Source: Somniosus microcephalus
Taxonomy: Eukaryota
Length of the DNA: 64,000 bases
NCBI GenBank assembly: GCA_052327205.1
Contig: CM126203.1
Location: 153,078,001 to 153,142,000 of the forward strand
Reading direction: 5' to 3'
How positions within the stretch are numbered: position 1 is the first letter of the stretch; every line of letters starts with the position of its first letter. A program made the translations under genes and the position numbers. This document shows positions 45,913 through 57,697 of this stretch, one piece after another. Below the pieces are notes generated by a model. It was given only the letters and a program-made list of their open reading frames with translations. It was not told where the DNA came from and did not search any database.

Positions 45913-47506
45913 CTACTCGTGGGCGACTTCTACTGCCTCCCAATGATACACAAAGCCAACACACCCGGATGTCCTGTCGTATCAGGCAACGGAACCCTGT
46001 GTGAGAACCTCTCTGGATATGTCGAGGGCATCCTGAAACCCATCGTACAGGGAACCCCCAGCTTCTGTCGCGACACTACAGACTTCTTACAGAAACTCAG
46101 CACCCACGGACCAGTTGAACCAGGAACACTCCTCGCCACGATGGACATCTCGGCACTCTACACCAGTATCCCCCACGATGACGGCATCGCTGCGACAGCC
46201 TCAGTACTCAACACCAGCAACAGCCAATCTCCAGACGCCATCCTACAACTCATCCACTTCATCCTTGACCACAATGTCTTCACCTTCGACAACCAGCTCT
46301 TTACCCAAACACACGGAACAGCCATGGGGACCAAATTCGCACCCCAATACGCAAACATCTTCATGCACAAGTTCGAGCAAGACTTCTTCGCTGCACAGGA
46401 TCTTCAGCCAACGCTATACACCAGATACATCGATGACATTTTCTTCCTATGGACCCACGGTGAGGAATCACTGAAAAGACTACACGATAACATCAACAAG
46501 TTCCATCCCACCATCAAACTCACCATGGACTACTCCTCAGAATCGGTTTCATTCTTGGACACACGAATGTCCATCAAAGACGGACACCTCAGCACTTCAC
46601 TCTACCGCAAGCCCACAGACAACCTCACGATGCTTCACTTCTCCAGCTTCCACCCTAACCACGTTAAAGAAGCCATCCCCTATGGACAAGCCCTGCGAAT
46701 ACACAGGATCTGCTCAGATGAGGAGGAATGCGATGGACACCTACAGACACTGAAAGATGCCCTTGTAAGAACGGGATATGACGCTCGACTCGTCGATCGA
46801 CAGTTCCGACGGGTCACAGCGAAAAATCGCATAGACCTCCTCAGAAGACAAACACGGGACACAACCAACAGAGTATCCTTCGTCGTCCAGTACTTCCTCG
46901 GAGCGGAGAAACTACGCCATGTTCTTCGCAGCCTTCAACATGTCATCGATGACGACGAACACCTCGCTAAGGCCATCCCCACGCCTCCACTACTCGCTTT
47001 CAAAAAGCCGCCTAACCTCAAACAGACCATCGTTCGCAGCAAATTACCCAGCTTTCAGGAGAACAGCGACCACGACACCACACAACCCTGCCACAGCAAC
47101 CTCTGCAAGACATGCCAGATCATCAACACAGATACCATCATCACACGAGGACACCACCCACCAGGTACATGGTACATACTCATGTGACTCGGCCAACATT
47201 GTCTACCTCATACGTTGCAGGAAAGGATGCCCCGGAGCATGGTACATCAGCGAGACCATGCAGACACTGCGACAACGGATGAACGGACACCGCGCAACAA
47301 TCACCAGGCAGGAGTGTTCCCTCCCAGTCGGGGAACACTTCAGCAGTCAAGGACATTCAGCCTCCGATCTTCGGGTAAGCATTCTCCAAGGCGGCCTTTG
47401 AGACACACGACAACGCAAAATCGTCGAGCAGAAACTGATAGCCAAGTTCCGCACCCATGAGGACGGCCTCAACCGAGATCTTGGGTTCATGTCACGCTAC
47501 ATGTAA
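45913..47506 (+). pseudogene. Penelope RT + Cys linker + GIY-YIG endonuclease (frameshift near 47145, stop at 47399-47401)
   Basis: FYCLPMIHK, MDISALYTSIP, GTAMG, RYIDDIF, CHSNLCKTC, NIVYLIRC...YISET...RMNGH. Confidence 0.93.
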
Positions 47507-47826
47507 CCCCACCTGACGCAGGGTCATCCAGACTCGAGTCGACATTGGCTTGTTCTCTCTACACAGATGCGGCCGGACCTGCTGTGATTTCCAGCAAAAA
47601 AAAAAATGTTTCTTGTCTGTTTTTTTGTTTTTCATACAGACCCCAGCATCTGCATGTTCTTTGATGTAATGTTTTCCTGACTGACCTGTTTGGACACCAT
47701 TCACACCTTTGATTGCTGTGATTATCTCTCTGCTGAGGTGTGATAAATGGCAGTTGGAAAGTTACCTGTAAACATCTGACATTATTCTCTGACTATATAA
47801 GCTGTGCCTTTATGCATTTCTCCACT

Positions 47827-47863
47827 TCACCTGACGAAGGAGCAGCGCTCCGAAAGCTTGTGA
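47827..47863 (+). ncRNA. Minimal type I hammerhead ribozyme
   Basis: TCAC-CTGACGA-A-GGAGC(AGC)GCTCC-GAAA-GCTT-GTGA: helix I TCAC/GTGA, helix II GGAGC/GCTCC, palindromic AAGCTT helix III. Confidence 0.85.
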
Positions 47864-47911
47864 TTTCAAATAAAGCTGTTGGACTATAACCTGGTGTTGT
47901 GTGACTTCTTA

Positions 47912-48775
47912 CAAATAATATTGCCCATAATTACTCCTGGGTAACTAGAATGCTAAGACTTGTTCAAAATGTAACTGCAGACAGTTCAAAATCAGTTTTG
48001 ACTAAGTTTTGATAACAAACAGCCACAGACTGCAAGTGAAGGTCAGATCATTAAATTGCTAAGAGAAACATATTATAATGCTGTTAGAACTTAGAATTCG
48101 CTGAACAAAACTAATTGCAACAATATTTAAAGGATAATTAGTATAAATTCCAATAAATGAGAGAGATCATGCAAGTTAAGGTATTTTTCTGGTAGATTAA
48201 AGTGAGATAGTCTGGATACATCAAGACTAGTGAAACAGCGCTGAAATGATCTGGGCCCTTGGTGTAGAGAAAGGCCTTGTACTGCTTGAGGCATGAAATG
48301 AAAGAGATATGGTAAATTCCAATGGGGTAAAAAGCTATAAACAAGATAACACGACAGCAGAACAGGGTTAATGGAAATGTACTGGAAAAGGAGTGGCCAG
48401 GTTACCAGCCTTAACCTGAGTGACAATGGTATTTTGACCATTAGAACCAATTAAAAAAGGTAATTTTGTTAAAGACCATATATGGACACTGGCCAACCAA
48501 ACTATTGATAAGGAATGGGTTAAAACCTCGATATTCAAACAACAGTTTCACACAGAGTTTTGCTGCGAGGATAAGGAACAGACCTGCGACGACATTGCCT
48601 GTGTCCGAAGGGCTCCAGAGACCAAGGGCTGCGAGCTATTCGTTACTATCGCCTAATGTTAAGTATTGATTACGTTGTAAGCTTAATAAATCTGATCTAT
48701 TGCTCAAACATACTGACTGCTGCCTATTTGTGTCTTGTCCAAGAACTCTGAGCGGTCATTACCGGTTGACTCACA
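47912..48775 (+). repeat. 3' LTR lacking its first ~73 bp
   Basis: Matches the 5' LTR from ~41502 onward and retains ~315 bp that the 5' LTR lacks. Confidence 0.92.
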
Positions 48776-48776
48776 T

Positions 48777-50310
48777 AGAAGGCTGGAAACTAGCCTAACA
48801 TCTGTGGTAGGTAAAATTTTGGAGTCCATTATTAAGGAGACAGTAACAGGACATTTGGATAATCATAATTTAATAGGACAAAGTCAGCATGGTTTTATGA
48901 AGGGGAAGTCATGTTTGACAAATTTGCTGGAGTTCTTTGAGGAAGTAACATATAGGGTGGATAAAGGGGAACCAGTGGATGTAGTGTATTTAGACTTCCA
49001 AAAGGCATTTGACAAGGTGCCACACAAAAGATTTTTGCTTAAGATAAAAAATCACGGGATTGGGGGTAATATTCTGGCATGGATAGAGGATTGGCTATCT
49101 AACAGAAGGCAGAGAGTTGGGATAAATGGTTCATTCTCAGACTGGCAATCAGTAACTAGTGGTGTTCCGCAGGGGTCAGTGCTGGGTCCCCAACTCTTTA
49201 CAATCTATATTAACGATTTGGAGGAGGGGACCGAGTGTAACATATCAAAGTTTGCAGATGATACTAAGATGGGAGGGAAAGTAGTGAGTGAGGACATAAA
49301 AAACCTGCAAGGGGACATAGACAGGCTAAGTAAGTGGGCAGAGATTTGGCAGATGGAATACAATACTGGAAAGTGTGAGGTTATGCACTTTGGCAGGAAA
49401 AATCGTAGAGCAAGTTATTATCTTAATGGCAAGAAACTGGAAAGTACTGAAGTACAAAGGGATCTGGGGGTCCTGGTGCACGAAACTCAAAAGGTTAGTA
49501 TGCAGGTGCAGCAAGTGATTAAGAAGGCCAATGGAATGTTGGCTTTCATTGCTAGGGGGATAGAATATAAAAATAGGGAGGTATTGCTTCAGTTGTACAA
49601 GGTATTGGTGAGACCGCACCTGGAATACTGCATACAATTTTGGTGTCCATACTTAAGAAAAGACATACTTGCTCTCGAGTCAGTACAAAGAAGGTTCACT
49701 TGGTTAATCCCAGGGATGAGGGGATGGACATATGAGGAGAGGTTGAGTAGATTGGGTCTCTACTCATTGGAGTTCAGAAGAATGAGAGGCGATCTTATTG
49801 AAACATATAAGATTGTGAAGGGTGGATGCGGGGAGGATGTTCCCGATGATGGGTGAAACTAGAACTAGGGGGCATAGTCTTAGAATAAGGGGCTGCTCTT
49901 TCAAAACTGAGATGAGGAGGAACTACTTCACTCAGAGGGTGGTAGGTCCATGGAATATGCTGCCCCAAAAAGCTGTAGAAGCTACATCATTACATAAATT
50001 TAAAACAGAAATAGACAGTTTCCTAGAAGTAAAGGGAATTAAGGGTTACGGGGAGCGGGCAGGAATTTGGACATGAGTCTAGGTTCAGATCGGTCATGGC
50101 CCTGTGGGTAGCGGAGCGGGCCCAGGGGCCGTGTAGCCCGATCCTGCTCCTATTTCGTGTGTCTAATTCTGTTAGATTCAGGAGATGGTTCTGTGATAGT
50201 AGATTGGCGGTTAGGATCAGATCAGCCATGATCTTATTGAATGGTGGAGCAGGCTCGAGGGGCCGATTGGCCTACTCCTGCTCCTATTTCTTATGTTCTT
50301 ATGTTCTTAT
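48777..50310 (+). mobile_element. 5'-truncated CR1 (CR1-F), near-identical to the CR1-E 3' part
   Basis: RT ORF aligns almost residue for residue with CR1-E ORF2; same duplicated 3' UTR. Confidence 0.95.
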
Positions 50311-51937
50311 GTCAGTGAGCACAGGGGTGATGGATGAATGGGACTTGGTGTGAGTTAGGACATGGGCAGCCGAGTTTTGGATGACCTCAAGTTTACGTAA
50401 GGTAGAATGTGGGAGGCCAGCCATGTGGGAGTGCATTGGAATAGTCAAGTATAGAGGTAACAAAGGCATGGATGAGGGTTTCAGCAGCAGATGAGCTGAG
50501 GCAGGGGTGGAGATGGGCAATGTTACAGAGGTGGAAATAGGCGGTCTTAGTTATGCCACAAATGTGCGGTCAGAAGCTCATTTCAGGGTCAAATATGACA
50601 CCAAGGTTGAGAAAAGTGTGGTTCAGCCTCAGACAGATGTTAGGGAGAGGGATGGAGTCAGTGGCTAAGGAACGGAGTTTGTGGCGGGGACCAAAAACAA
50701 TGGCTTCAGTCTTCCCAATATTTAATTGGAGAAAATTTCTGCTCATCCTATACTGAATGTTGGACAAGCAGTCTGCAAATGTTGAGACCGTGGAGGGGTC
50801 GAGAGAAGTGGTGGTGAGGTAGAGCTGGGTGTTGTCAGCGTATATGTGGAAACTGACGCTGTGTTTTCGGATGATGTCGCCAAGGGACAGCATGTCGATG
50901 AGAAATAGGAGGGGACCAAGGATAGATCCTTGGGGGACACCAGAGATAACGATGTGGGAGTGGGAAGCGAAGCCGTTGCAGGTGATTCTCTGGCTACAAT
51001 TAGATAGTTAAGAATGGAACCAAGCAAGTGCAGTCCCACCCAGCTGGACGACGGTGGGGAATCGTTGGAGAAGGATGGAGTGGTCAACCGTGTCAAAGGC
51101 TGCAGATAAATCGAGGAGGACGAGGAGGGATGGTTTACCTTTGTCACAGTCACAAAGGATGTCATTTGTGACTTTGATGAGAGCTGTTTCGGTACTGTGG
51201 CTGGGGCGGAAACCTGATTGGAGGGATTCAAGCATGGAGTTCCAGGAAAGGTGGACACAGATTTGCGAGACGACAGCACGTTCAAAGGCTTTGGAGGGGA
51301 AAGGGAGGTTGGCGATGGGGCGGTAGTTTACAAGGACGGAGGGGTCAAGGGTTGTTTTTTTGAGGAGAGGGTTAGGGTTAGATTTGAAGGAGAGGGGGAC
51401 AGTACCCGAGGAGAGAGAACCGTTAACAATGTCAGCTAACAAAGGCCAATAATAAGGGATGTCTTTGCTCATATAAACCAAAGGCATCTACTGTGCTTTT
51501 CTGACAATTTAATGAAGGTACTTTAAGAACATCTTTAATTTCTTTATTTTGTGAAACAATTCAATGCATTTTATTTTCAAAGAGTCGTTGTTTACAGCAA
51601 TCCAGGATACCAACCGAGAGAAGTTGCATTATTTATGGAGACAAATACTTGCTTTAGATCTCTGTAACTACATAATTCCAATGCATTAATCCTATTTTAG
51701 ACCTATTTGGAGCTATTTTAGAAACCAATGCTTTATTTTGCTAGTTTTATGCAACATACACTGTAGTTCATTTCATTACGAACAGTTCCATATTTTTAAA
51801 TCACATGGAGAGATCGATATTTGTGCATTCAAGGTATTTATTTTGTAGTGCAAAGGTGGGATAGATATCTAGATTAATTACATCGGTAAATTGGTACTGC
51901 AATGGATTCTAAGGTCCATATTTTCCTCTTTACGGTT

Positions 51938-52272
51938 CTTTTTAAAAATTCATTCGTGAAATGTGGGCATTGCTGTCTTTATTTCAGCCTTTTTGAACTG
52001 CTGTAGACTTATTACTCTTTCTTGTAGCCGTTTGATTCACCTGAGTGGCTTGCTAGGGAGCATTTAAGAGTCACAGTGGTGTAGGACTGGAGTCACAGAC
52101 AGGATAAACACACCAGGACATTAGTGAACCACTTGAGTTTTTATGAAAATCTGATGACTTCATGGTCAGTTTTATTTATATCAGCATTTTATTTCCAGAT
52201 TTATTTTGAACTATCATCAAATTGAACTCACGTTCTCTGGACTAGTCCAGTAACAGAACCACTACCCTACCA
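51938..52272 (-). mobile_element. Decayed tRNA-derived SINE with a tail like that of the LINE at 34140-34827
   Basis: - strand begins GGTAGGGTAGTGGTT...GAGTTCAA (A/B-box-like) and ends CAGCAATGCCCACATTTCACGAATGAATTTTTAAAAA. Confidence 0.6.
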
Positions 52273-52324
52273 TACCTGGCCTGTTAACTATGGTAGTGAA
52301 GTCATATTCCAGACTTTCCAGACC

Positions 52325-52438
52325 AATTTCTCCTTATGTGGTTCGGTGTCAAAATTTTGTCTTATAATACTCCTGGGAAGCCCCTTGAAATGTTTTATTG
52401 TGTTAAAGGAGCTATATAAATAAAAGTTGTTGTTGTTG
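52325..52438 (+). mobile_element. L2-type 3' tail fragment
   Basis: Matches the reverse complement of 36026-36135; ends in (GTT)n. Confidence 0.85.
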
Positions 52439-52439
52439 A

Positions 52440-55400
52440 CATCAGCAGCCAGTGAAATGCCATCATGTGCATAATGGTAACGTTACCCATTCTACTATAA
52501 CACTTCTAATTCATCTCTTTACTCTCCCACAGGTCCATCAAGTGCCCCCCCCCCCAACTGTCCAGCCAGAGGAGGAAGACGACTCCTCAGAGGAAGCACC
52601 AGCCTCTGAGGGTGCACCACCAGCAGACCCAAGCGCACCCAGCACCATCGCAGATACTCACACCTCAGTGGGTCCTGTGCGCCATATAGTGTTGTCACCT
52701 GGTGTCTCACAATTCACAAGTGAGCAAGAGCAGATGGTGTTGACATGGACAGCAGTGGAGAGTCCTCACCGGAGGGTGCAGGATGCTCCAAGCTCTGCTG
52801 AGCTGCATGCAGGCGCTGAGCCTCGGGGGCCATCGAGAAAGAGGGTGATCTTGGAGGGACAGCAACAATTGCATGAGGCTCTGGCAGCTTTTGCAATCGC
52901 AAATGTGCCAAGAATGGAGGAGTTCATCTCATCTGGAACAAAAGCATCACCATGTCACAAGCGATGGCGACGATGTGGTGTTCCATGGAAAGTATGGCTA
53001 CCTGTATGGAGCAGCTAATGCGCCAGTCACAAGAGCACATGGTAGCTGTGGACATCAGATGGCAGGTGCTCATAGACCTCCTCTCTAGGAGGAATATAAA
53101 CGTAGACTTGGGCATTCATCGCCCCACTGATGTGCAGCAAGGTGCTCGCCAGCTCCTTGCTAGCAGGGAAGTGCGGGTGGCCCATGAGAGGGATGATGGT
53201 GAGAGGGGATGTGGAAGTGGGGGCTCTTCTCAAAGCGCTCCCACTTCTTCCCCATTGCCTCCCCCTCAGTCAGAGTTCTACATGCTTCCTCGGATCCTGA
53301 TGGCCAAGTCTGCCCCTGCACAGTCGCAGGAGGAGCAGACTTTGGCGGGGCCATCACAGGCCCTAAACCTCAGAGGACGTCTGCCAAAAGTGTCTAATGA
53401 GTCACAGCAGTGAAGTGAGCAGCCTGCCTCTACCTCCGCTGAAGCCACAGGGGTTGCACCTCGAAGAAGCACACAGAAAAGGAAATGACACAGAAGTAGA
53501 TGCACAAGGGATGCACATGGGTGTACAAAAAATGTTAGTGTTAAGTTTCAGTTATTCTGATGACACAGATAAATGTTTTTCTTTGCACCACTTTCGGGTC
53601 TTGTCATTTTTGCCTCAAACCTTGGAAGTGGCCTTGTCACTTGGAGTGAATGATGAAACATTACTTAGCCTCAAGCAATGGGGGTTTGGGTGAGAGGAAT
53701 GGCTTGGTTATTGTAGGGATGCTTTATGGTGCTGTTGGGTGGGGGGGTGGGGGGGCTTAGTACAGCATGTGGCAGCCATGTGGCTGCATTGGAGCAAGTT
53801 AAGTAGATCTGGCCATGATGAGGCCATCCCGGGCCTTCTGCGAAGCAATGTGCGCCGCTGCTGCTGCCATCTCCACCTCACGTTCATCCTCTTCCTCCTC
53901 CTCCTGCTCCTCTGAAGAGACTGTGCGCTCTGTGCCTTGCTCCTCCTGCAGCTCCAATCCTCGCTGCTGCACTATGTTGTGCAGTGTGCAGCAAACGACA
54001 ATGATTCTGGAGACCCTGGCTGGTGCATACTGAAGGGCACCTCCAGATCTGTCAAGGCATCTGAAGCGCATCTTCAGCATGCCTATTGCTTGCTCTATGA
54101 CACATCTGGTGGTGATGTGGCTCTCATTATAATGCTCCTTAGCCTCAATACCTGGCATTCTCAAGGGTGTCATGAGCCACATCTTCAGTAGATAGCTCTT
54201 GTCTCCCAACAGCCAGCTGGTAAGTCTGTTTGGAGGTGTGAATAGCTGAGGGAGGGTGGACTGGCGCAGCACGAAAGAGTCATGACAGCTGCCAGAGAAT
54301 CTGGGACACACATGCATGATGATCTTTTTATGGTTGCAGACGAGCTGCACATTGAGGGAGTGGAAGACCTTGCGGTTCACAAACACTCCTGGGTGATGTG
54401 GGGGTGCCTTGACGGCCACATGGGTGCAGTCGATGATGCCCTGCCCCTGTGGGAAGTTAACCAGAGCCATAAAGCCGAGCGCCCGCTCAGTAACACTGGC
54501 TTCATCAGTGGTAAAGTTCACATAATTGGCTGACTTGTCAAATGTGGCATCGGTCACCTGGGTGATGCATCTGTGGGCTGCCGACTGCGAGATCCTGCAA
54601 ATATCTGCTGCAGATCCCTGGAAGGAGCCTGAGGTGAAGAAGTTGAGGGTGGTGGTGACTTTGACAAACACTGGTAAGGAGTGTCCACCAGGTCCTCTGG
54701 GCATCAGGTCTTGTTCCAGTAAGCTACAAATTTTTGAGATGACCTGGCGCAATAGCCTGAGCCTCCTGAAGCACCGCTGCTCAGTCATGTCATCCTCTGC
54801 CTGTATACCCTGTGTTGGGGGTATCGCCTCCAGTGCGCTGCAGCCCTGTGCTGACCCCCTCTCTCCTGTGCAGCATCAGGTCATTGAGGAGAAGGCTGCT
54901 GCTGCTGCTGCTGCTTCTTGTGTGGCTGGTGTTGTTGGTGCTGGGGCTCATCTTGGGATAATTCTAGGGTCAAAGGTGAGGCAGTATAAGCGGCACCCAT
55001 GCTGATGTAATAGATGGCAGGTAAAGTGGAGATCAGCGTCCCAATCCCTCAATGTTGTGATAGTGACTAGCAATGTGGTGAGAGTGGTTTCCGAGGTTTC
55101 AGAAATGACCTGCAAATGGCTGATAACCAAACCTGTGGAAAAATGAAGTGAGCAAGAGCCTTTCCCTGAGGCAAGTAATCAAGTGTAATGTTGGAGTTTT
55201 TTGTGCTTTTCCCAGCTCTGAATGAATGAACTCGCCAATGGCCACTGAGCTTCTGCCTCCCCTTCACAGGCAAGGTACCCGAGCTCCGTGAATCCAGTGC
55301 TCCTGCAGTTAAAGTCAAAAACTGGTGTTAAAAACACTCAGAAGGGTCTCTCAACAAGCAGTTGATGACTTCAATGCAGTCGCCTGCCTCTGCCGATCGG

Positions 55401-55547
55401 GTCCGTGTCGCGCCTTCAAAGCCGCCTGAGTTAAATGCGCGAGGCGGCGGGATGACGGCATGTTCCCAACGCGCTCTCAATTTCCGGAACTTTTACTGCT
55501 GACCCACCCCCAAATCCACACGCTCAGCAACAGCACAATTCCGGCCC
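52440..55547. mobile_element. Harbinger DNA transposon A (left end missing)
   Basis: Right TIR AATTCCGGCCC at 55537-55547; transposase on -; convergent last exon of the Myb/SANT partner gene on + (~52533-53490, frameshifted). Confidence 0.88.
53799..54788 (-). CDS. Harbinger (HARBI1-like) DDE transposase; probable original ATG at 55000 separated by a frameshift
   Basis: [62 protein letters not shown]. Confidence 0.93.
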   Translation of the reverse strand: MTEQRCFRRLRLLRQVISKICSLLEQDLMPRGPGGHSLPVFVKVTTTLNFFTSGSFQGSAADICRISQSAAHRCITQVTDATFDKSANYVNFTTDEASVTERALGFMALVNFPQGQGIIDCTHVAVKAPPHHPGVFVNRKVFHSLNVQLVCNHKKIIMHVCPRFSGSCHDSFVLRQSTLPQLFTPPNRLTSWLLGDKSYLLKMWLMTPLRMPGIEAKEHYNESHITTRCVIEQAIGMLKMRFRCLDRSGGALQYAPARVSRIIVVCCTLHNIVQQRGLELQEEQGTERTVSSEEQEEEEEDEREVEMAAAAAHIASQKARDGLIMARST

Positions 55548-56788
55548 TGGTGTCTGTGAGTGAGAGATGCAGTGACGCAGTGTCTTCTTCTTCTCCCCCC
55601 TCGCTCTTGTGCATCGCCTCGGGGACAGGCTGGTCTGGTGCTTGTTGTTGATTATCTGAAAGCTGAACGGCACAAGAGTCGGTTATGGTGAGGGGATGGG
55701 CGGGGAAGCAAGATGTGCATGCATATATCAGCAGCTTGAAAGTGAGGAGAGATTGCGGAATGAGGGGGAAGTGGGATGTGAGAAGAAGGACTAGGAATGA
55801 CCATACCGTTGTTGTCCCCAAGGGGTTCAACCTTGTCGGTTGCCACAGCCTCTATGATCTGCCGCCCAATGATGTCCAGCACTCTCTCCTCCAGCTGGCT
55901 GAGGTCATGCCTGTCAGCCTGCCCCCTGCCTGTCTGCCGCTGCTCCCTCTGATTATGCGCGACCTTGACCTGCAAGAGAAGGGGAAGTGTGTGAGTGAGT
56001 GTGGTACAATGTGTTTGGGTGATGTGCCTGCCATAGTTGAATAGCGGTCAGTGTGTGCAAGGTGTGAGTGTGAGTGTTGCAGCAGTGGTAAGGTTGTGGG
56101 GGTGAAGTGCAGCTCTGATTGTGAGGTGTGAGTGGAGATAGGTAGAGATTGTTGGTAGGTGAGTGCTGGGGTGTGGTGCATTGAGCAGTGTGTGAGGCTT
56201 GTGGTGCTGATAGTGGGATATGGCATTTGCTGAAGCCTTCACTCATTAAACTTCTTTCGGCACTGGATGGCTGGCCTTGGCACCACAGTGCTGGTCGTGA
56301 CATGAGCGGCTATCTCCTGCCAGAGCCTTTGCGAGGTGTGTGGTGAGGGCTTCCTGCCAGTGTGTGGGAAGAGGACAGCCCCCCTCCTTTCCAGGCCAGG
56401 ACCAGTGCCTCAAGAGCTGCGTCGGAAAATCTGTGGGTTCTCCCCCTTTGATGACGCTCTGCCATGGCTTTGCACTACCTTCTTCTTGCAGCTACAGTTC
56501 TGAGTGGCTTCACAATGAGGTGCTGTAGCATTAATGGGCCTCCCCTTTAAATACTGAATAAAGCCTGTGCCATACATGACTGGGAATTAGACTGGCCCCG
56601 ATATTGGTCCAGCTGTTGAGTGTTAAGCCAATAAGCAGCAGTGTTAGCGCTGAAATCAAGACTACAATTGTGTTAATGAGGACTGAGCATGAATTTTGCG
56701 TGCTACCTAGACCATTTTGACCCAGCGCAGCTTAACATTGTTGGGCCTTAAAATTGCCTGTTTCGTGTCCATATGCAATTTCTAGGCT
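55548..56788 (-). mobile_element. Harbinger transposon B end carrying a decayed three-exon Myb/SANT gene, interrupted by Harbinger A
   Basis: TIR AGCCTAGAAATT ending at 56788; exon 1 RFSDAALEALV...QCRKKFN (~56465-56235); exon 2 VKVAHNQREQRQTG...LEERVLDIIG (~55969-55807); exon 3 from ~55654. Confidence 0.85.
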
Positions 56789-57384
56789 GTTAACTCTTGA
56801 CAACTGAGGATCTTTTATCACTTGTAATGTACATTCATCCTTGTAATAACTTTCTGTCCTCTTTTTCTTCTTCTTCTTCTTCTTAGTAGCAGCCTGTACT
56901 ACAACACAATCAAAACATCCACACCAGAGAAATTAGACCATCCCTGAAAGGAATTGTATAAATTATAGGTGCTGTATAAATGATAAATATTTTAAATGCT
57001 ATGTTCAAGAATATATGCTGCATTACTGCCCCATGTTTCAGAGTTACAGCAGTTAACAATATCTGTTGCTATTATTGGAGCCATATATTTTGAGTAGAAT
57101 CTGAATATGGTTTTCAATCAGTTTACATTTTCTGATGCCACAGCTGTTCTGTCTCATAAATGAACAATGAGGAAGTTCTAAAAAATAGTGTGGGCAGCAG
57201 CTTGATAAGTGGGGAATACTAATTTCAGTGTAGCCAGATAGTTTCGAACATACAGCGGTAGCAGTCTTTATTTCTTTCATTTATCTTGTTAATAAATGTG
57301 CATGAATACAAGACCACTGTTGGCAACAATCTCCATTGAATATTGATTGGAGAACATAAAATATTACTGCACACTGACGTAGTA

Positions 57385-57697
57385 CAGGTTGAGCATCCTG
57401 AATCCGGCAACCTCGGGACCAAGGCCAAGCCGGTTTTCGTGTTTTTCCGGATTTCAGAACATGTTTCTGATGTCCGAAGTCCGGAAATATTGCAACCTGG
57501 GCTCGGGTGTTTCCGGACTTCGGACATCAGAAACACATTCTGAGTCCGGAAATGCCTGGGCCCAGGTCCGGTTTGGAAAGGTGTCCGGATTCCGGAACAT
57601 TTTACGGATTCCGGACAACCCTGCCACCAATCATCCCAGAGCCCGGATTCTGGGGTATTCTGGATTCCAGAACTCCGGATTTTGGACGCTCAACCTG
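57385..57697. mobile_element. Tc1/mariner (pogo/Tigger-like) MITE
   Basis: TIR CAGGTTGAGCATCC / GGACGCTCAACCTG; TA TSD on both sides; many TCCGGA motifs. Confidence 0.92.

Larger units (their letters stand above)
45771..47911 (+). mobile_element. Penelope-like retroelement, 5'-truncated, with inverted upstream pLTR copy
   Basis: RT + GIY-YIG coding region; 45771-45912 is the reverse complement of 47444-47585; 3' pLTR contains hammerhead motifs. Confidence 0.95.
41429..48775 (+). mobile_element. Retrovirus-like LTR element (defective; RNase H/integrase/env region deleted)
   Basis: Paired LTRs 41429-42203 and ~47912-48775 (TG...CA), PBS, gag, PR-RT. 4-bp TSD TAGG, with the right copy split by CR1-F. 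Confidence 0.92.
36026..51445 (-). mobile_element. L2 LINE split into three parts (36026-36329, 41312-41428, 50311-51445)
   Basis: (GTT)n tail; RT motifs QSGFR..HSTETAL, LLDLSAAFDTVDH, YADN. Sequence is continuous across both insertion junctions. Confidence 0.92.

Noticed and set aside
48735-49856. 373-aa ORF starting in the 3' LTR and reading into CR1 RT
   Set aside because: Chance fusion from a non-ATG start across an insertion junction; not a gene.
51583-51690. Exon-like unique sequence after TTTTATTTTCAAAG
   Set aside because: All frames close quickly and none is recognisable.
56887-56947. Acceptor-like site after (CTT)n with a short terminal frame
   Set aside because: The pyrimidine tract is a microsatellite; all three frames are short and unrecognised.
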